From the NCBI GenBank assembly GCA_002633005.1, contig NMRA01000212.1, positions 113,312-177,311 of the forward strand: a stretch of DNA of 64,000 nucleotides. Reading direction: 5' to 3'. Numbering within the stretch: the stretch's first letter is position 1; every line of letters starts with the position of its first letter. A program made the position numbers and the translations under genes. The notes beneath the pieces are model-generated. The model was not told the origin of the DNA and made no database searches. It saw only the letters and a program-made list of their open reading frames with translations. The stretch comes from Phoronis australis (Eukaryota; Animalia; Phoronida). Shown piece after piece: positions 58,859 through 64,000 of this stretch.

Positions 58859-61518
58859 TGTGCAAGCGTGTGTGATAGCAAAGGAATGCGTAGATCTGCT
58901 GCTTGTGATGGGTGACATGTCAGGTGTTGCTAAGAATTATGCAACTTACGTAATGTGGTGTGGTCTCATTTGTACCAGGGGTGTATTCAGTAAGGCTAGT
59001 ATCTCATGACTTTGGTGAGATCACACAGTTGTGAAGTAAGATCACATTAAGATTTTGCAAATGATCTCATGGCCAAACTAGTGAAATGGTCTCCACTGAG
59101 AGTGATTAGACCAATAAGCTGCAATGTTAAAATATGGAAGAAAAATAAACTTACAAAACGGAATACTCATTCCTTCCATATATTCCAAGCAACTGTCTTG
59201 CAAACAATTGGCCTTGGTGAACAAACCCCTGGTCGTGTGGCTCGGGATAAAATCTGTTGACCAGATATTCTACTGAAGCCTGAGTGTTCTCTTAAAAATG
59301 ATGTGAAACAAAGGCCTCTAATTTTAAGAATTGGCTCCTTAAATTATCATTAGCAATTAGGGCATTTGTTCATGTGCTCTGATCAATGTGAAAGTGGTCT
59401 ATGCCAAAATTATTCTGCAAAATTACTTGTCTGTAACTTCTTACCATTTGTCAGCATACGCGTTAGAGTATGAGGAAAATGAATGAGCAGATCTATGCAT
59501 GCACTGGGTCAACAAAAACTGCTGGAATTGTGAGAGAGAGGATCTTAAAGTTTGTTTGTGTGCTATTAGAACAGGTGCTCATTCTGTAGACACAATCCAC
59601 CCGCGAAAATGCTAGGTCACGCAAGTCTGTGAGATATCAACATACATTAAAAACAAAGCACATTATCACAGTTTACTCGTGAGATTCTTGCATCTAAAGA
59701 TCTCAGAGCCGCCCTGTTGTTGAGTATGCATAACAGGGTTACACCCTCCATGTTGTTATTGCAAAAGCTGTCCAACAGTATTGATGAAATTAATCAAAAT
59801 CACTTATTTAATAACTTATGAAAGTTAATTATACAGGTGTTGCCTTTAGTGACACCCTTGCAGGTGGTGATCTGTGTGTGAATCATTTTTGTAGAATATC
59901 AAGGTTATCTATATTCTGAAAACTGTACCAGTCACTGCTGGGAGTCTGTTTCAAATGACTTTAAGCTAAGTCGTAAATTTTGTCTTGCGCTCCACATAAC
60001 TATTTCTGGAAAATCTAACTTGACTAAAAATCCAACGTATCTTAGAATATTACACATCACTTCTAGACATTGAGATGATTTGTGTAAATTTTTTTTGTAG
60101 ACTTGTGATGTGCTCATAATTACTTTATTCCACAATTGTGATGTGGGAGCATAAGGCCAAATTTCTGTCTTTAGTCTAATTTGCTTCTCATGAAACTGAC
60201 CCCTGGTGTCATTTTCCTCAACTACGGAACTGGAATAAACAGAATCTCTTGCATACGTTAAATCTCATAATTTCGAACAAAAATAATTGCCCAAAATGTC
60301 ATTTTTTTAAGTTTCAAGACTTTTAACATTGTTATGAATGCCCAAAATTTTTCAAAACTTTGTTTTGATGGTAGCCGTGGACCAGAACTTGTAGAGGGAA
60401 TATCGTTTAATTTTATGCTAGATAATGTTTAAGGAAAAAATTATAATTGATTTCACTTGTCGACCCTATTTTGGCATAAGTGGTGAGATAACATTTTCCA
60501 GATTAAGCTTCTGATAATATGGAAAAGTCTAAACCTTTTAGTTTAAAATAGAGAAGTCCTTAAATATAGCAAAAATGTTGTGGAACTTTGTCTGCAATGT
60601 TTCTTTGGTGTCGGAAACTTTGGTTGTAGCAAGTTTTTGTATGTTGGAAAATGTTGTTAATTTGTTGGTACCATGTTGGTAAGCACCGCTTGTGCTGTTT
60701 TGGAATGTCATGAAGTCTGTGAAGAAAATTCTGTGGCAACCATGAATTCTGGTTTCCATATATTGCAGGGAAAATCGTGATTGTCCAATTCTAGTCCTGA
60801 TGTGAATTTGAATGTGGTTCTTCCTTGATGACTGTGATTTTTAAAAATGTTCTCTTTTGATGCTATATTTTTATATAGTTAGTTTTAATTTCAATCTTTT
60901 GATGCTATACGTTTATATAATTTGTTTTAATTCCTCTATTTTAATTGCTGTAATTCAGATTTAACAAACTACATACTGCCTGGTAGATTCTTTTGCAATC
61001 TTCACCAAATAGAACCGAATTGCCAGAACCAGGACATATCTCCTCAGTATTAGTACAAGCATAGCTGCCTGCTCTAATATGTATGATGACTTGGTTATTT
61101 TTAGTTACATGTAATGTTTTAACTTATTTTTTTAAACTTTTTTACCATGTTGTAATAGATAACATAAATTTTATATACTATGCAATCATACATTCATTGT
61201 TTTAATACCCTAGGTATTTCAGAAATTGTTTCTGTTTTTGTAGTAGGAGTGCACACAGAGCAGTATTTTTATTGCACTTTTCGTTGATTTTTTGATATAA
61301 TTGTTATTTTTCTCTTCTTCAGCACTGTTTTTTATTAGCCACCCATAACTGGGATTGGTACATTTTGTTTCTTCTAAACGCACTGCAAAGACACGCCTTG
61401 TTTGGAATTAAAGTCTGCTATTTATGTGCTTTCGGTGATAATTTCAGTTGTGAAGAGTCGGATTTACTGTGTTGTAGCTATTATTTTGATCACGCTCAAA
61501 GTGTATTTTTATAACTGA

Positions 61519-61524
61519 AATAAA
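61519..61524 (+). promoter_or_regulatory. Candidate distal polyadenylation signal of the RGS22-like gene
   Basis: AATAAA at the end of a long U-rich 3' UTR-like tract, after which base composition switches to A-rich. Confidence 0.4.
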
Positions 61525-64000
61525 TTATTTGTTAATGCATGGTAGGAGTCTTTTCATTGTTTCAAAATACAAACATTAAAGAAATTTCGGTCTAACAAAC
61601 CCTTTACTGACTATGACGTTGAAAATTCATTCGGTTTTCGGTTATTTATGTAAAGATAATGGATCAAGATTGGACATTGTCGCAGCCAAAACACACCTTT
61701 ATTCTCCAGCATCAAGAAAGAATTAAATAACACCAAACCACCAAAATTTTGAGCTCATAAAAGTCCTTCATTATGTTAGTTGTCACGTCATCACTGCCTT
61801 GTCTTTCAATTTTCCTGAAGAACTTTTTTGTATGCTCGAAAGGTGGACTGCTTCTTAATTTTTATCTTGAGGTAACATTAAAGAATAAAAGTGCATTCTA
61901 AATCTTATTTTGGGTGTCCTCTGGGATTAATTGGCAAGAATAGCTTCGAAGGTTCCATGGTATTGCACAAGTCCTATTTAGAGGACCAGCTCAATGCATG
62001 TCACACAACTTTGACAAAACCAGTAAATAACTCGAAAATTAGTAACTTGCTAAATGTAGCAAACTTTGGAACTAAAAATTTGTGTTAAAAAGCCCAGTAG
62101 TTCTACCATCCAGTTTTTAACCTCTATAAAGATTAAATTTGGTCTGGACTGAGAAGCAGAAGTCAAACAGTCAGTTAGTCAAACATGGCGGCAATATATA
62201 CCTGACTCAAAAAACTTATATTATGTCTGTGTGTAAGGGTGCATAATGACGTCATTTATGAAAACAAAATGTGTCAATGATTAAGTAAAATTTTACTATG
62301 ATTCCATAACAATACAACAAAAGGTTCCGATTCACGAGGCAATGGAAGAGACATAATATAAATTGACGCTAATTCAATACATGCAATCTCTTCGTAATTT
62401 GTGGATACACCAAATAAGTTAAATCAATAGGAAATATAAACCTTCATCACAACCAGATCTTTTGTCACCAGCAGTACTCACTCGTTTTTCTAATCTCATT
62501 TAAAATTATCAGGAGTGTAAGCCAGCCATAATCGAGATTGGAAGGACGCGATTCCACTGTGAGTGAGCAGTATCTTCACAACAACTGTGAGTTGTGCAAC
62601 ATCTAGATATAAAGATTAAGAACAAGGCCCCATTGTATCAAAGGTTGTAAGTCCAATCAGTGATAGGCACATAATTAAAAACGTGATGCCGTGATTTTTA
62701 ACAAGACCGAAATGTTGCAACAAACGTTTTAAGTTGATAGCTATTCTGTCAGATTTTAACGACCGCCTTCACGAGTCACGTTTAATAAATTGTGTTTAAA
62801 TTAAAATCAAAGTTACGACTGTAAAAGACCAAACTTACAAACTTTAATGAAATGGGTCCCAAGTGTTTGTGACACCCTCTTAACTAGTGAACCTACCTTC
62901 TGTCAAAAAATTACCTTCGATATCGACCACTTACCAATTGGTCTCCAATCTTTCTATACCCAGATTCCAAGCTAACCCTGGGCTTGGTATAAAATCAGGC
63001 ATTTTGTTGTTGTTTTGATACCAAGCTCAATAAGTTAGCTTGACCCACAGGGTCACTAATTTTCTGAGCATGACCTCAAACATTTACCAACTGTCGGCTT
63101 TCCCAACTCCAGGAACCACAGACTTCTCAATACAATGAGGAACATTAGCCAAGACCACTTCATAATACAGGCAGTGTAGTGATCGTAATTAAAAGTAATG
63201 TTGCTTTTGACAGAAGGAAGGTTCACGATAGTTTTAAACAAGTTACCCTAAGTATGTCAATCCTTGACCTATTTAGCACACAATACGGTGGGCAAGTGCA
63301 ATTTGTTATTACAATTAAAACTCAACAAACATTTAGTTTTTAATTTTAGAAAATGTTACTCTTGTATTAGCACGGTTGCAAAGATATCATAAAACCTGGT
63401 AGGCAATTGGCCAATGAAAAATATCTTTGGCAATTCTTTGACCAAAATACAGTAGCTGCATGTCGTCAAAGTTGTTCATTGTCGCCTCTTCAAAAGAAGA
63501 TTAAGTACGCAAGTACTCATTTACAGAGTATTCCACAGTGTCTTCATTAGGCGACCCAAACAAAATGGCTAACGCACTTGCGAACAAAGCTAATCACAAC
63601 TCACTGACTCATGAGCCCACACTCACAGTGTGGTTTACACACATAAAAATCATGGCTTACAGTTTCACATTCACTAACAATTTGTACAAACAGCAAAGAG
63701 AGTGTAAGCCAAATTTACAGGTGCTAGAGCTGCTCTTGTGGATATGAGTGCATGCATGAGCAGTGCTACATGTTCATACTAAGCCCATGGGCCATTTTGT
63801 TTGGTTATTAGCCTGTTCAGTGTAAAATACTCAACAGAACACTAAATACTGACAGTTCATCGACTCTTCAGCAGAACATAAAGTAGCCTGTCTTCACTGC
63901 AGTACCCTATTCAATAGCACACTTTTGAAGAACGTCTTAACTGTACCCTATTTAATTAACTGAGAATCTTTCTTGGGTTCAACAGAACACACAGAAGCAC

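Overview
Eukaryotic (invertebrate-like, AT-rich, GT-AG intron-rich) genomic DNA, not prokaryotic. Three multi-exon protein-coding genes on the + strand were reconstructed by hand from splice signals and reading phase: BBS1 (~1168-11870, with at least one exon lost in a 931-N gap), Rab1 (16708-23958, complete, 205 aa) and a large RGS22/RGSL1-family multi-RGS-domain gene (30986-58858, ~1260 aa plus candidate cassette exons and microexons). A disabled two-exon THAP-domain gene lies on the - strand (27106-28111). The block at 31306-34997, bounded by single Ns, looks like a second haplotype assembled inside the first. The two haplotypes differ by a DNA-transposon insertion whose two ends and empty site are all visible. 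Introns hold several MITEs, palindromes, tRNA-derived SINEs and short tandem repeats. I found no convincing wholly new biological system. The most interesting items are the filled/empty transposon site, the candidate microexons, the THAP relic and the BBS1-Rab1 linkage. No searches were run, so all family assignments come from recalled motifs.
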